From an uncultured Nitrososphaerota archaeon (GTDB lineage: Archaea; Thermoproteota; Nitrososphaeria; Nitrososphaerales; Nitrosopumilaceae), in the NCBI GenBank assembly GCA_963701075.1, contig OY969559.1, positions 544,001 to 608,000 on the forward strand: 64,000 nucleotides of DNA, read 5' to 3'. Shown one piece after another: positions 50,681 to 61,163 of the stretch. Under the pieces are notes generated by a model, which searched no databases, had not been told where the DNA came from, and saw nothing but the letters and a program-made list of their open reading frames with translations. The first letter of the stretch is position 1, and every line of letters begins with the position of its first letter. The translations under genes were made by a program, and so were the position numbers.

Positions 50681-51775
50681 GTGGACAAAAGAACTAGAAT
50701 TATAGGAATAGCTGCCGCAGTCGCTTTTTCAATTATTATTCTTACATCTCCTTCTAACTCGATTGTAATTCCATCACCAACTACAAGTCCTACTGGAACA
50801 GATGCAGTACAATTTGTTGCAACAAACTTGCAAAAACCATGGGACATGAGTTTTGGTGATAATAAAATATTCTTTACAGAAAAAATAGGAAAAATAAGAG
50901 TAATTGATAATGATACACTTGTAAATGAATCAGTAGCCGATCTTCAAGTTGCAGATGTTACAGATGCAGGTCTACTTGGAATAACATTAGACCCAGATTT
51001 TGAGAAGAATCATTTCATCTATGTGTATTATACATACCAAGAAGGCAATAATCTATGGAATAAGGTACTAAGAATTACCGAGTCCAACGATAAAATGGTA
51101 GATGAAAAGGTGATTTTGGATAAAATACCTGGGGCAGAATTCGATGATGGCGGAGTAATAAAATTTGGCCCTGACGAAAAATTATACATTGGTACAGGGG
51201 ATGCTACAAATCAAAACTCTGCCCAAGATTTGAAATCTCTTGCAGGTAAGATCCTAAGACTAAACGATGATGGTTCAATTCCGCAGGACAATCCCTTTCC
51301 AAATTCGCCGGTTTATTCTTATGGACACAGGAATCCTCAAGGGCTTGCTTGGGATGATAAGGGAAATTTGTATGAGACAGAGGAAGGACCAACAAGAAAT
51401 GATGAAATAAACCTAATAAAACCAGGACAAAATTATGGTTGGCCTAGCCAAGAATGTTCTGGCTCACAGCAGTATCAAGCGGCATTAGTTTGCTATAACC
51501 CAAGTATTGGCCCTGCTGGGATTACTTATTATTCCTCAGGCAAACTTGATATTAAAAACAGTCTTATCTTATCTACACTGCTTGGACAAAGTCTTTACGA
51601 ACTACCTGTTCAGAATGGTACCATACTTGAACAAAAAATCATATTGGACGGAGTAGGAAGAATTAGGGATGTCAGCGAAGGTCCAGATGGTTATCTATAC
51701 ATTCTCACATCAAACACAGATGGCATGGGTTTTCCCGACAAAAATGACGACAAACTTTTGAGGATTGTAAAATAA
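50681..51775 (+). CDS. PQQ-dependent glucose/sorbosone dehydrogenase family protein, membrane-anchored
   Basis: PW, GLLG, FGPD.KLY..TGD, GKILR, YGHRNPQG, NYGWP, GRIRDV. Confidence 0.88.
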   Translation: MDKRTRIIGIAAAVAFSIIILTSPSNSIVIPSPTTSPTGTDAVQFVATNLQKPWDMSFGDNKIFFTEKIGKIRVIDNDTLVNESVADLQVADVTDAGLLGITLDPDFEKNHFIYVYYTYQEGNNLWNKVLRITESNDKMVDEKVILDKIPGAEFDDGGVIKFGPDEKLYIGTGDATNQNSAQDLKSLAGKILRLNDDGSIPQDNPFPNSPVYSYGHRNPQGLAWDDKGNLYETEEGPTRNDEINLIKPGQNYGWPSQECSGSQQYQAALVCYNPSIGPAGITYYSSGKLDIKNSLILSTLLGQSLYELPVQNGTILEQKIILDGVGRIRDVSEGPDGYLYILTSNTDGMGFPDKNDDKLLRIVK

Positions 51776-53029
51776 TTGACTGATTCATCCATCAAGAAAT
51801 TTCATGAAAAGAGCAGGGAGGAGAGAATCAAGGCAGTGAAATCCTTTGCCAGTCTTTCTAAAGAGGACATTGAAATCCTCAAAAGCAATGGCGGAATCTC
51901 ATTTGATGAAGCAAATCATATGGTGGAAAACGTAATCAGCACCTTGTCATTTCCACTTGGCATTGCAACTAATTTCAAGATAAATGGAAAAGACTACCTT
52001 GTTCCAATGGTGATTGAAGAGTCATCAGTTATTGCTGCTGCGTCCAAGGCAGCAAAGATAGCAAGAAAATATGGTGGTTTTACCATGGAGTCAGACGAAT
52101 CATACAGCATAGGGCAAGTTCAGATAGTAGATGTGGATGTGAAGTCGGCAATTCCCAAGGTGATGTGTGCTTCAGATAGGATACTTGAGCTTGCCAACTC
52201 AAAAAGTAAAACCTTATCCAAGATGGGTAAGGGTGCAAAGGAGATAACATGCAAGGAACTGAAAACAAAATCTGAAACCATGTTAATAGTTGAGATACTC
52301 ATTGATGCAGGAGATGCAATGGGAGCAAATGTAACCAATACAATGTGTGAAGGAATTGCTCCGTTAATAGAAAAACTTACAGGTGGAAGGGCACTTCTTA
52401 GAATTTTATCAAACTATTCCACAAGGAGACTTGTCAGAGGTAAAGCTATTTTTGATAAAGAAGAGATAGGTGGAGAACAAGTTGTTGATAATGTTATACT
52501 TGCATATGAATTTGCAGCAAATGATCCGTATAGAGCAGTCACTCATAATAAAGGAGTAATGAATGGAATTATTGCAGTTGCAAACTCTACAGGACAGGAT
52601 ACTAGAGCAATTGAAGCTGCATCGCATGCATACGCATCAAAAAATGGCAAGTATACTTCTTTGACAAGGTGGAAAAAAAACAAACAAGGTAATCTGGTAG
52701 GTGAGATTGAAATACCAATGCCTGTTGGAATTGTAGGCGGAATAGTAAATGTACATCCTATGATTAAGGTATGCATAAAGATTCTCGGTGTAAAATCAGC
52801 AAAGGAATTGGGATGTGTCATTGGGGCGGTTGGCCTTGCTCAAAACTTTAGTGCAATAAGAGCACTTGCCTCAGAGGGAATACAGAAAGGCCACATGAAA
52901 CTTCATGCAAAAAACATAGCAATAAGCGTCGGTGTACCAAAAAGCAAGATGAATGAGGTAGTAGCAAGTATGGTAAAAGAGGGTAACGTATCAGTTACTC
53001 GAGCCAAAGAAATCCTCAAGGAACTATAG
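51776..53029 (+). CDS. mvaA: HMG-CoA reductase, class II
   Basis: ENVI, EESSV, DAMGAN, THNKG, GIQKGHMKLH. Confidence 0.92.
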   Translation: MTDSSIKKFHEKSREERIKAVKSFASLSKEDIEILKSNGGISFDEANHMVENVISTLSFPLGIATNFKINGKDYLVPMVIEESSVIAAASKAAKIARKYGGFTMESDESYSIGQVQIVDVDVKSAIPKVMCASDRILELANSKSKTLSKMGKGAKEITCKELKTKSETMLIVEILIDAGDAMGANVTNTMCEGIAPLIEKLTGGRALLRILSNYSTRRLVRGKAIFDKEEIGGEQVVDNVILAYEFAANDPYRAVTHNKGVMNGIIAVANSTGQDTRAIEAASHAYASKNGKYTSLTRWKKNKQGNLVGEIEIPMPVGIVGGIVNVHPMIKVCIKILGVKSAKELGCVIGAVGLAQNFSAIRALASEGIQKGHMKLHAKNIAISVGVPKSKMNEVVASMVKEGNVSVTRAKEILKEL

Positions 53030-53067
53030 CGACTAGATATATATCCAAAAGGATTGGTAGGACTACG

Positions 53068-54045
53068 TTGGCCAAGGTAAAATTTGCAGTACCAAAAGGT
53101 AGCATTGAAGAATCTACATTTAAGATATTAGAGAAATCCTGGACTAGGGTAGTTCGGAGAGACAGAACCTATCGAATAATGTTGGACGACCCAGAGATTT
53201 CAGTTAAGATGTTACGTCCGCAAGAGATTCCAAACTTGGTAAACGATGGACTGTATGATGTTGGAATAACCGGCAGAGACTGGGTTAACGAAACAAAATC
53301 TGACGTGAAGATTCTTCTTGATTTGGAATATGGAAGAATAAAACTTGTAATTGCAATCCCAGATTCTTACAATTTCAAATCTCTTGATGAAATGATACTT
53401 GCCTATGCAAAGAAGAAGAAAATTCTCAGAATTTCTTCAGAATATCTCACAACTGCCGCTAAATTTATCACACAATGTAAAAACTACAAGAAACTTTACG
53501 GCTCAAAGCAACCTCTGATTGTTACACCTTGGCTAAGATTGGGTTCTAACAAGAATGTGCAGATATTTCTTTCCTTTGGAGCAACAGAGGCAAAACCGCC
53601 AGAGGATGTAGATGCTATAATGGATGTAACCGAGACAGGCACTACACTTACACAGAATCAACTGAAAATAGTAGATACAGTGATGGAATCAACTGCTGTC
53701 TTGATCGCAAACAAGGCATCACTTAAGGACAAGGTTAAGCGAGAAAAGATCTATGACATTGTAACCATGTTACATGGTGCAGTTGAGGGTAAGAAGCACT
53801 TACACCTATTCCTAAACGTAAAGGAAGAAAATATGCAAAAATTACTTGATGAACTACCATCTCTTAAACGTCCTACCATAAGTCCACTAAGCGAGAAGGG
53901 CTGGTATGGCATAAACACGGTGATTCCAAAATCGGAATTTCACAAACTAATCCCAAAATTAAGGAAGATAGCCCAAGGCTTAGTTGTACACGAACCAAAG
54001 CAGATTCTTGCACTTGAGGAGATAAAACGTGACGAGGAAAATTGA
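53068..54045 (+). CDS. hisG: ATP phosphoribosyltransferase (long form)
   Basis: PKGS, RPQEIP, GITGRD, GATE, ETGTTL. Confidence 0.94.
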   Translation: MAKVKFAVPKGSIEESTFKILEKSWTRVVRRDRTYRIMLDDPEISVKMLRPQEIPNLVNDGLYDVGITGRDWVNETKSDVKILLDLEYGRIKLVIAIPDSYNFKSLDEMILAYAKKKKILRISSEYLTTAAKFITQCKNYKKLYGSKQPLIVTPWLRLGSNKNVQIFLSFGATEAKPPEDVDAIMDVTETGTTLTQNQLKIVDTVMESTAVLIANKASLKDKVKREKIYDIVTMLHGAVEGKKHLHLFLNVKEENMQKLLDELPSLKRPTISPLSEKGWYGINTVIPKSEFHKLIPKLRKIAQGLVVHEPKQILALEEIKRDEEN

Positions 54046-55313
54046 TGAGAATCATAACTATTCAAAACATAGATCCTATCCTAGAATCTCTGAGGCCTCA
54101 GCCTAATAGAGAGCTAAAGAAGAAAGTAATCTCTATCATTTCAGATGTACAAAGACGAAAGGATACGGCGTTACGAGACTATGAGAGAAAATTTAACAAG
54201 GTAAACCTGAAATCATTTCGAGTAACTCAAACTGAGATAAAAACTGCTTACAAACAGGTCTCAAGAGATCAAATTGAAGCAATAAAACTCGCAAAGAAGA
54301 GACTTGAAAGATCTGAGTCTGTAATAAAGAAACAACTGCAAAATGTCTCAATCTTAGCTGACGGAATAAAGATAAACAAAATTTTTTCTCCTTTGGATAG
54401 CATAGCATGCTATATTCCAGGTGGCAAGGCGCGCTACCCGAGCACTGTGATCATGTCCGTCATACCTGCCAAAGTAGCAGGAGTGAAAAAAATAATAGCA
54501 GTATCTCCAGCAGATCAAAAAGGCAAGATTGATCCTCTTACACTTGTAGCAGCTGATATCTGTGGTGTGAATGAGTTTTACAAAATAAGTGGCGCTCAGG
54601 CAATAGCAGCACTTGCATACGGTACACAATCAATCCCAAAAGTAGACAAGATAGTTGGTCCTGGAGGAATGTTTGTGACACTAGCAAAATCTCTTCTTAA
54701 TGATATTGTTTCAATAGATATGATTGCAGGCCCCACAGAACTCGCAATTATTGCTGATTTATCAGCAGATCCTAATTATGTTGCAGTTGACCTGATCTCA
54801 CAAGCAGAGCACAGTGTTGACACAATGTGTTGTCTGATAACAAACTCTAGATCGCTAAAGGATCAAGTAATAAAATCACTTAAACAAAGAATTAATTTCA
54901 TATCAAGATCTAGTATAGTCAAAGAGAGTCTTCAAAATAATGGATTTATTGCTATCTGTAAAACGGAGGCTCAAATGATAGACCTTGCAAACAAACTTGC
55001 TCCAGAACACTTGGAGATTATAACTCGGGACTCGCAGAAGATGGCTAAAAAAATAACTTCTGCAGGTCTTGTACTTGTGGGGTGCAACACTCCCTCTTCT
55101 GCAAGTGATTATCTCTTGGGTTCGAACCATATTCTGCCCACTAATGGGTTTGGAAAGACAAGAGGCTCTCTTGGAGTATTAGATTACTTGAAGCTACAGA
55201 CTAGAATTGAGTCGTCCAAGATATCGCTTGAGAAGATCTCAAAATATATGAAGGCCTTTACTGATGCAGAAGGACTTCCAAATCACTATGAGGCAGTAAG
55301 GAGTAGATTATGA
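54042..55313 (+). CDS. hisD: Histidinol dehydrogenase
   Basis: YIPGG..RYPS, DMIAGPTE, QAEH, APEHLE, DY..GSNHILPT. Confidence 0.95.
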   Translation: MMRIITIQNIDPILESLRPQPNRELKKKVISIISDVQRRKDTALRDYERKFNKVNLKSFRVTQTEIKTAYKQVSRDQIEAIKLAKKRLERSESVIKKQLQNVSILADGIKINKIFSPLDSIACYIPGGKARYPSTVIMSVIPAKVAGVKKIIAVSPADQKGKIDPLTLVAADICGVNEFYKISGAQAIAALAYGTQSIPKVDKIVGPGGMFVTLAKSLLNDIVSIDMIAGPTELAIIADLSADPNYVAVDLISQAEHSVDTMCCLITNSRSLKDQVIKSLKQRINFISRSSIVKESLQNNGFIAICKTEAQMIDLANKLAPEHLEIITRDSQKMAKKITSAGLVLVGCNTPSSASDYLLGSNHILPTNGFGKTRGSLGVLDYLKLQTRIESSKISLEKISKYMKAFTDAEGLPNHYEAVRSRL

Positions 55314-56380
55314 GAAAAAGTTGGTATGAAAAAAAGATAGAAAATCTATCCAAGCTTAGCGGATACAAAAAACCAATCAAATATTCAAATGCAATCAAGC
55401 TTGACTCTAATGAAAATTATGCAGTTGACTCTTCCTTCTTTCAAGATCTGATGAACCAAATCCGAGAAAAAATGGATGTACGAGAATACCCACTCGGAGG
55501 AACAGATAGGCTGATTGTAGCACTCTCAAACTACATAAAAATGCCAAAGGAAATGATAGGTGTTGGCAACGGTTCAGACCAAATAATTGACCTAATTCTT
55601 GGAAATCTGGCCTCAAAGGAAACCAGGATTTTGACATCTGACCCAACTTTTGGCTTTTTTGAAGAAAGATGTAAACTGTATGCTATTCCAACAACTAAGA
55701 TTCAATTTAATGAAGAAATGAATCTGCGCCTTGAAGATTTTATTACCAACTCCAAAAAGGCTGATATTTTGTATCTAGACTCCCCAAATAACCCAACTGG
55801 ATTTCAGTTTCAAAGAAAACAACTTGAAAAATTGATCCAGTCATTTAACGGACTTGTAATCATAGACGAGGCATATGTCGAATTTGCAGGCTATTCTATT
55901 GCTAACATGACAAAAAAGATGAATAATCTAATTGTACTGAGAACACTCTCAAAATCATTTGGGCTTGCAGGACTACGAATTGGTTATTTTGTAGCTAACA
56001 AAAAAACTATAGATGCATTTTCTCGAGTTATTCAGTATCCATATCCGCTTAACACTATTGCAATAGAAGCAGGAATTCTGGCCTTGAAACACTCAAAATA
56101 TTTTGTAGATGTGGCAGATTTTGTGAAAAAGGAACGTACTCGCATAATTGAGAAGCTTCGAGAGATGAAGGTTTTCAAGGTATTTGACTCTGAGGCAAAT
56201 TTTGTTTTATTTGCAGCAGATGGCGCAAGCCAGCGGATTCACAAGGCACTCATAGAGCAAGGTATAGTGATAAAGAATTTGGGGAAAGTAGGCAAACATG
56301 ATGGATGCCTCAGAGTTACTGTTGGTACTCAAGAAATGAATTCAAGATTTCTTACCGCAATACGTGATTTGCTGAATTGA
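55310..56380 (+). CDS. hisC: Histidinol-phosphate aminotransferase
   Basis: DSNEN, GNGSD, PNNPTG, DEAY, RTLSKSFGLAGLRIGY. Confidence 0.92.
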   Translation: MRKSWYEKKIENLSKLSGYKKPIKYSNAIKLDSNENYAVDSSFFQDLMNQIREKMDVREYPLGGTDRLIVALSNYIKMPKEMIGVGNGSDQIIDLILGNLASKETRILTSDPTFGFFEERCKLYAIPTTKIQFNEEMNLRLEDFITNSKKADILYLDSPNNPTGFQFQRKQLEKLIQSFNGLVIIDEAYVEFAGYSIANMTKKMNNLIVLRTLSKSFGLAGLRIGYFVANKKTIDAFSRVIQYPYPLNTIAIEAGILALKHSKYFVDVADFVKKERTRIIEKLREMKVFKVFDSEANFVLFAADGASQRIHKALIEQGIVIKNLGKVGKHDGCLRVTVGTQEMNSRFLTAIRDLLN

Positions 56381-57363
56381 CCCTAAAAAAAATAGATAAT
56401 GGCATCTATGTAGATGCGCAAAAAACAGACAAGATCAAAAATTTAGATGCGGTAATATTTGACTGTGATGGAGTACTAATTGACGTTTCAAATTCATATG
56501 ATCTTGCAATAAAAAAAACAGTAGATTTTGTAGCAAATAAAATTGCCTTAATAAATAAATCGTCGTTAGTTACAACAGAAATGATAGACAGTTTCAAAAA
56601 AACAGGCGGTTTTAATGACGAAGTTAATGTAACATACGTTATGATACTTGCAGCTGTGGCATCGGAGAAAACCGGTAAGAATTTCTCTGATCTTGTCTTT
56701 GAGGCTGCAAAAAATGCTGACCAAACAGGAATAAAATCAGTTGAGAGATATCTTGATTCAATAAAAATAGACTTGACTGATATCAAAACAAAACTTGTTT
56801 ATCCTGCAAAAAGATTTGAAAGTCCACTTTCATCTATTTTTGATGAAATCTTTTATGGAACAGATCTATACATTCAGCTTTACAAAAGATCTCCAAAGTT
56901 TTTCAATGGAAAGGGTCTAATTGAAAATGATATTGTACTTGTAACAAAGAATCTCTTAGATGAACTACGTCAAAGATTTGGCAAAAAAATTTCCATCATT
57001 ACAGGTAGAGGAGTGATCTCAGCAAGACATTCTCTTGAGAAACTGTTTGACGAATTTGACTTGAAGAATTCAAAATTCCTTGAGGATGAACCACGTGAGA
57101 TGGCAAAGCCCAACCCTCAATCTCTCATATCGTCAATTAAGGGAATGGGCGCTTCTTGTTCCATATTTGTTGGTGATTCTATGGAGGACTTTATCATGGC
57201 ACACAAGGCAACTGAGTCTGGAAATGCAACTTTATTTTGTGGTATATATGGTACCAGCAAAGACCACGAAGCCAAGAGGAACTTCTTTGAACAAAAAGGT
57301 GCAGATATGATACTGGAATCAATCCATCTGCTTCCGAAGGCATTAAATCTAGTTAGGGCATAA
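56377..57363 (+). CDS. HAD superfamily hydrolase (candidate histidinol-phosphatase)
   Basis: FDCDGVL, TGR, KPNP, VGDS..D; located between hisC and hisB. Confidence 0.8.
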   Translation: MTLKKIDNGIYVDAQKTDKIKNLDAVIFDCDGVLIDVSNSYDLAIKKTVDFVANKIALINKSSLVTTEMIDSFKKTGGFNDEVNVTYVMILAAVASEKTGKNFSDLVFEAAKNADQTGIKSVERYLDSIKIDLTDIKTKLVYPAKRFESPLSSIFDEIFYGTDLYIQLYKRSPKFFNGKGLIENDIVLVTKNLLDELRQRFGKKISIITGRGVISARHSLEKLFDEFDLKNSKFLEDEPREMAKPNPQSLISSIKGMGASCSIFVGDSMEDFIMAHKATESGNATLFCGIYGTSKDHEAKRNFFEQKGADMILESIHLLPKALNLVRA

Positions 57364-57387
57364 GCCACTTCTCTACAGGGGGATTTC

Positions 57388-57975
57388 ATGAAATCTAGGA
57401 TAAACAATATTGTTAGAAAGACCAAGGAGACCGAGGTATCAATATCAATTAACTTGGATGGTACTGGTAAGATTTCTGTAAAGACAGGTTTGCCATTTCT
57501 TGATCATCTAGTCATCTCATTTGCAAAACATGCTACATTTGATCTCAAACTCAATGCAGTTTCAAAAGATGGAATAGACCACCACCTAGTTGAAGATACT
57601 GCAATTGCTCTAGGTAATGTTATAGACGAATCACTTGGAAATAGGTCAGGAATCACGCGATTCGGACATGCATCAATACCCATGGATGAAGCTCTTGCAG
57701 AGGCTTCACTTGATCTTGTGAAAAGACAGTATCATAAAATTGAATTATCTATAATTCGAAATCAAATTGAGGGAATTTCAAAAGAAGACCTTGAACACTT
57801 TTTCAGATCTCTAGCCCAGAGCTTGAACATATGCATGCATGTATCAGTTAAATATGGTGAAAATGATCACCACAAAATTGAGGCCGCTATCAAAGCACTA
57901 GCGGTAGCATTGAGAAACGCAGCAAGTCAAGACAAAAAGCAAAAGGGAATACCTAGCACAAAAGGTGCCATGTAA
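57388..57975 (+). CDS. hisB: Imidazoleglycerol-phosphate dehydratase
   Basis: [30 protein letters not shown]. Confidence 0.95.
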   Translation: MKSRINNIVRKTKETEVSISINLDGTGKISVKTGLPFLDHLVISFAKHATFDLKLNAVSKDGIDHHLVEDTAIALGNVIDESLGNRSGITRFGHASIPMDEALAEASLDLVKRQYHKIELSIIRNQIEGISKEDLEHFFRSLAQSLNICMHVSVKYGENDHHKIEAAIKALAVALRNAASQDKKQKGIPSTKGAM

Positions 57976-58580
57976 TGGTAAAAGTAGCAATCTTTGATTA
58001 TGGTGCAGGTAATATATTCAGCCTAAAATTGTCTCTTGAAAAAAATGATGCTCAAGTGGATGTCATAACAAATCTGGATAAAATTAATGGATATTCTGGT
58101 CTTTTGTTACCAGGTGTGGGAAACTTTGATCCTGCAATCAAAAGCCTTAACACATCCAAAGTTGCCTTTCAGGATCTTACCAAGAACAAAATTCCAGTTC
58201 TTGGAATATGTCTTGGAATGGAAATGTTCTTTGAGAAGAGTGAGGAAGGTAAACTCCATGGATTAGGAGTTCTTGAAGGAGAGGTTGTCATACTTCCAAA
58301 CAAGTTCAAAATTCCTCATATGGGATGGAATGACTTGCAGGTAAAGAAACCAAGTATACTTTTAGAAGGAGTAAAGGAAGGTTCTTGGGTTTACTTTGTT
58401 CACTCATACAGAGTCAAACCAAAAAATGAAGATATCATAAAGGCTGATTCTGACTATGGAATCAATGTACCTGCAGTTATAGAGAGCGAGAATCTCTTTG
58501 GGACTCAGTTTCATCCAGAAAAATCTGGAAAAATCGGTGCTCAAATGATTAAAAACTTTTTGCGGACGTGCAAAAAGTGA
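57975..58580 (+). CDS. hisH: IGP synthase glutaminase subunit
   Basis: DYGAGN, PGVG, GICLG, PHMGWN, QFHPEKS. Confidence 0.95.
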   Translation: MVKVAIFDYGAGNIFSLKLSLEKNDAQVDVITNLDKINGYSGLLLPGVGNFDPAIKSLNTSKVAFQDLTKNKIPVLGICLGMEMFFEKSEEGKLHGLGVLEGEVVILPNKFKIPHMGWNDLQVKKPSILLEGVKEGSWVYFVHSYRVKPKNEDIIKADSDYGINVPAVIESENLFGTQFHPEKSGKIGAQMIKNFLRTCKK

Positions 58581-59284
58581 AAGTCATACCAGCAATTGAC
58601 ATTATGGAAAATAAGGTAGTTCGCTTGGTAAAAGGCGATCCAAAAAATAAAACCGTCTATAACAACAATCCCATAGAAACTGCCAAGCTGTGGGAAGCCG
58701 CGGGAGCAGATATGCTGCACGTTGTAGATCTTGATGCAACTTTGGGACTTGGTTCTAATTTGAAAACAATAAAGAGAGTTGTAGGTGAAGTTTCAATACC
58801 TGTAGAAGTTGCAGGAGGCTTGCGCACGGAAGAGACAATAGAAAGTGTGTTAGATTTTGCGCCAAAAGTAGTGCTTGGAACAGTTGCATTCAAAAATAGA
58901 GATGTGTTACAGAGAATATCAAAAAAGTTTGGGAGAGATAGAATAGTGATATCAGCTGACCAATTAAATGGAAAAATAGTAGTAAGTGGCTGGAAGGAAA
59001 ACACTGGAGTAGATCTCATACCAGGAATTGAAGAATTTGTAAACCTAGGTTTTTCAGAATTTCTCATTACAAGCGTTGATAGAGATGGCACCCTCAAAGG
59101 TCCAGACCTTGATTCTCTAAGAAAGGCATGCAATATAGAAGGAACCCAAGTAATAGCAAGCGGAGGAATTTCCAATCTGAAAGATACCGTAGAAGTAAAG
59201 AAAGCTGGTGCTACAGGTGTTATACTTGGTAAGGCATTATATGATGAAAAAATCACGATTGAAGAGGTTAAAGCAATAGCATGA
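58577..59284 (+). CDS. hisA: ProFAR isomerase
   Basis: IPAID...VVRL, HVVDLD, GGLR, RDGTL.G, ASGG. Confidence 0.94.
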   Translation: MKVIPAIDIMENKVVRLVKGDPKNKTVYNNNPIETAKLWEAAGADMLHVVDLDATLGLGSNLKTIKRVVGEVSIPVEVAGGLRTEETIESVLDFAPKVVLGTVAFKNRDVLQRISKKFGRDRIVISADQLNGKIVVSGWKENTGVDLIPGIEEFVNLGFSEFLITSVDRDGTLKGPDLDSLRKACNIEGTQVIASGGISNLKDTVEVKKAGATGVILGKALYDEKITIEEVKAIA

Positions 59285-60096
59285 CTCTGACTAAGCGAGT
59301 CATACCTTGTTTGGATGTAGATAACGGTAGAGTTGTCAAGGGTATGCACTTTAAATCAATAAAGGATGCAGGAGATCCGGTTCTACTAGCAGAAAAGTAT
59401 AGCAACGAAGGAGCAGATGAGCTAGTGTTTCTTGATATCACCGCTTCAGAACAACAACGAGAAACCATCAAAAGTCTTGTTAAGAAGGTAGCACAGGTAA
59501 TAGATATCCCATTCACAGTGGGAGGCGGAGTAAAGACACTTCAAGATGCAAGGGATATTCTTCTTAGTGGTGCTGACAAGGTTGCAATTAACACAGGTGC
59601 TGTAAAGAATCCAGATATAATCACTAAACTAATGGAGATTTTTGGAAAACAATGTGTCGTTGTTGCAATGGATGTAAAACATAACTATGGTATCAAAGAG
59701 GGCAAGAACATCTTTACTTCAGATTCTAAAAAATTCTGGTTTGAAGTCTACATTTATGGAGGCAAAACTCCTACAGGTCTTGATGCAATAGAGTGGGCAA
59801 AAGAGGTGGAAAGGCGTGGTGCTGGAGAGATACTGTTGACCAGTATAGACATGGATGGCACAAAGGAAGGATATGATATTCAGCTCACCAAAGAGATAGT
59901 TAATGCAGTAAATATCCCTGTTATTGCTTCTGGCGGTGCAGGAAAACCAAAACACATGCTTGATGTGTTCCTACAAACTAACGTAGACGCTGCTCTTGCA
60001 GCTTCAATATTTCACTACAAAACACATTCTGTAGACAGGGTAAAAGAATACCTTAAAGAAAATGGTGTTCCTGTAAGAATAGGAGAAATGAGGTGA
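59281..60096 (+). CDS. hisF: IGP synthase cyclase subunit
   Basis: [36 protein letters not shown]. Confidence 0.95.
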   Translation: MTLTKRVIPCLDVDNGRVVKGMHFKSIKDAGDPVLLAEKYSNEGADELVFLDITASEQQRETIKSLVKKVAQVIDIPFTVGGGVKTLQDARDILLSGADKVAINTGAVKNPDIITKLMEIFGKQCVVVAMDVKHNYGIKEGKNIFTSDSKKFWFEVYIYGGKTPTGLDAIEWAKEVERRGAGEILLTSIDMDGTKEGYDIQLTKEIVNAVNIPVIASGGAGKPKHMLDVFLQTNVDAALAASIFHYKTHSVDRVKEYLKENGVPVRIGEMR

Positions 60097-60106
60097 GTAA
60101 ATAGCC

Positions 60107-60436
60107 ATGAAAATGAAAATCTCAAACATTGACTTTGCAAAAGGAGATGGACTCATTCCTGTTATAGTTCAAGACGTTAACACAAAAGAAGTTTTGACCT
60201 TGGCTTATACAAACAAAGAATCTCTTGAGTTAACTCAAAAGACTGGAAATTCTTGGTTTTGGAGCAGATCTAGAAATAAACTATGGATGAAAGGGGAAGA
60301 ATCTGGGAATGTACAAAAAGTAAAAGAAATTTTGGTTGATTGTGATTCTGATGCGATAATATATCTAGTCGAGCCATCAGGCCCCGCCTGCCATACGGGA
60401 GATAGAGTCTGTTTTCATAATCAATTAGAAAAATAA
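60107..60436 (+). CDS. hisI: Phosphoribosyl-AMP cyclohydrolase
   Basis: SRSR..LW.KGEESG, DCDSD, ACHTG..CF. Confidence 0.95.
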   Translation: MKMKISNIDFAKGDGLIPVIVQDVNTKEVLTLAYTNKESLELTQKTGNSWFWSRSRNKLWMKGEESGNVQKVKEILVDCDSDAIIYLVEPSGPACHTGDRVCFHNQLEK

Positions 60437-60437
60437 T

Positions 60438-60929
60438 CTAAGGACAAGGGGGTGGTATAGATTTTATTTCTGATTGTCCACTCGGTACCCACTCGTTTAT
60501 AATTTTGAAATGTATTGGATCATAAGAGGTTCCTGGGAAAGCTATCGTCCAATTTCCAACCAAATCTTGCGGTGTACATATTTTTGCTAGCCTTTCTGTA
60601 TTTGGCTTGAAAAAGTAATTAAAATCGGATTTCAGTGTACCATTAAATGGAGTCTTTGTATAAATTGCACCTTCAGGATCATATACCGTAATATTACCTG
60701 CATCAGTTGGCTTCAAACCAATAACTACCATGAAAACATTGTCATCAATTCTGTATGTTCCATTGGTAATTGCAAATGGTCCTGAAGTGATCCACTGTGC
60801 AGTATTGTCCTCCCCAGAAGTTTTTTGATGGTTGTAGAAATAGATGGCTGATGCTGAAATAGCTATTATTACTATTACTGCAATTATGGCACTAGACGCA
60901 CTCTTTTTTCTACTCTTAGGTTTTTTCAA
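60438..60929 (-). CDS. Membrane-anchored hypothetical protein
   Basis: Basic N-terminus, one TM helix, then a beta-rich domain. Confidence 0.6.
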   Translation of the reverse strand: MKKPKSRKKSASSAIIAVIVIIAISASAIYFYNHQKTSGEDNTAQWITSGPFAITNGTYRIDDNVFMVVIGLKPTDAGNITVYDPEGAIYTKTPFNGTLKSDFNYFFKPNTERLAKICTPQDLVGNWTIAFPGTSYDPIHFKIINEWVPSGQSEIKSIPPPCP

Positions 60930-61163
60930 TTTTCGTTTAACATTTCTTTGATATAGTTAATATTTCTTCTAATTGTAAAAAATTCATAAAATATCTAATT
61001 TACAATAATTTTTAATATTCCAAATCAAGTTTAGACTCGCCTTTTTTATATTAAATCGTGAATTCATGTTAATTTTCACTGAATTCTACAGTCGTTAAAA
61101 TTAAGTATTGCTTAAATTAATATTAGGATTTTTTATGTACCATTTTATAAAGTCATAATTGTC

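Noticed and set aside
58657-59349. 230-aa antisense ORF over hisA, and similar shadow ORFs throughout the window
   Set aside because: They lie opposite well-supported genes and have no motifs, consistent with codon-bias shadows.
60930-61163. Very AT-rich intergenic stretch as a chromosomal origin or riboswitch
   Set aside because: No ORB-like repeats, no cdc6/orc gene nearby and no convincing stems; explained as a divergent promoter region.
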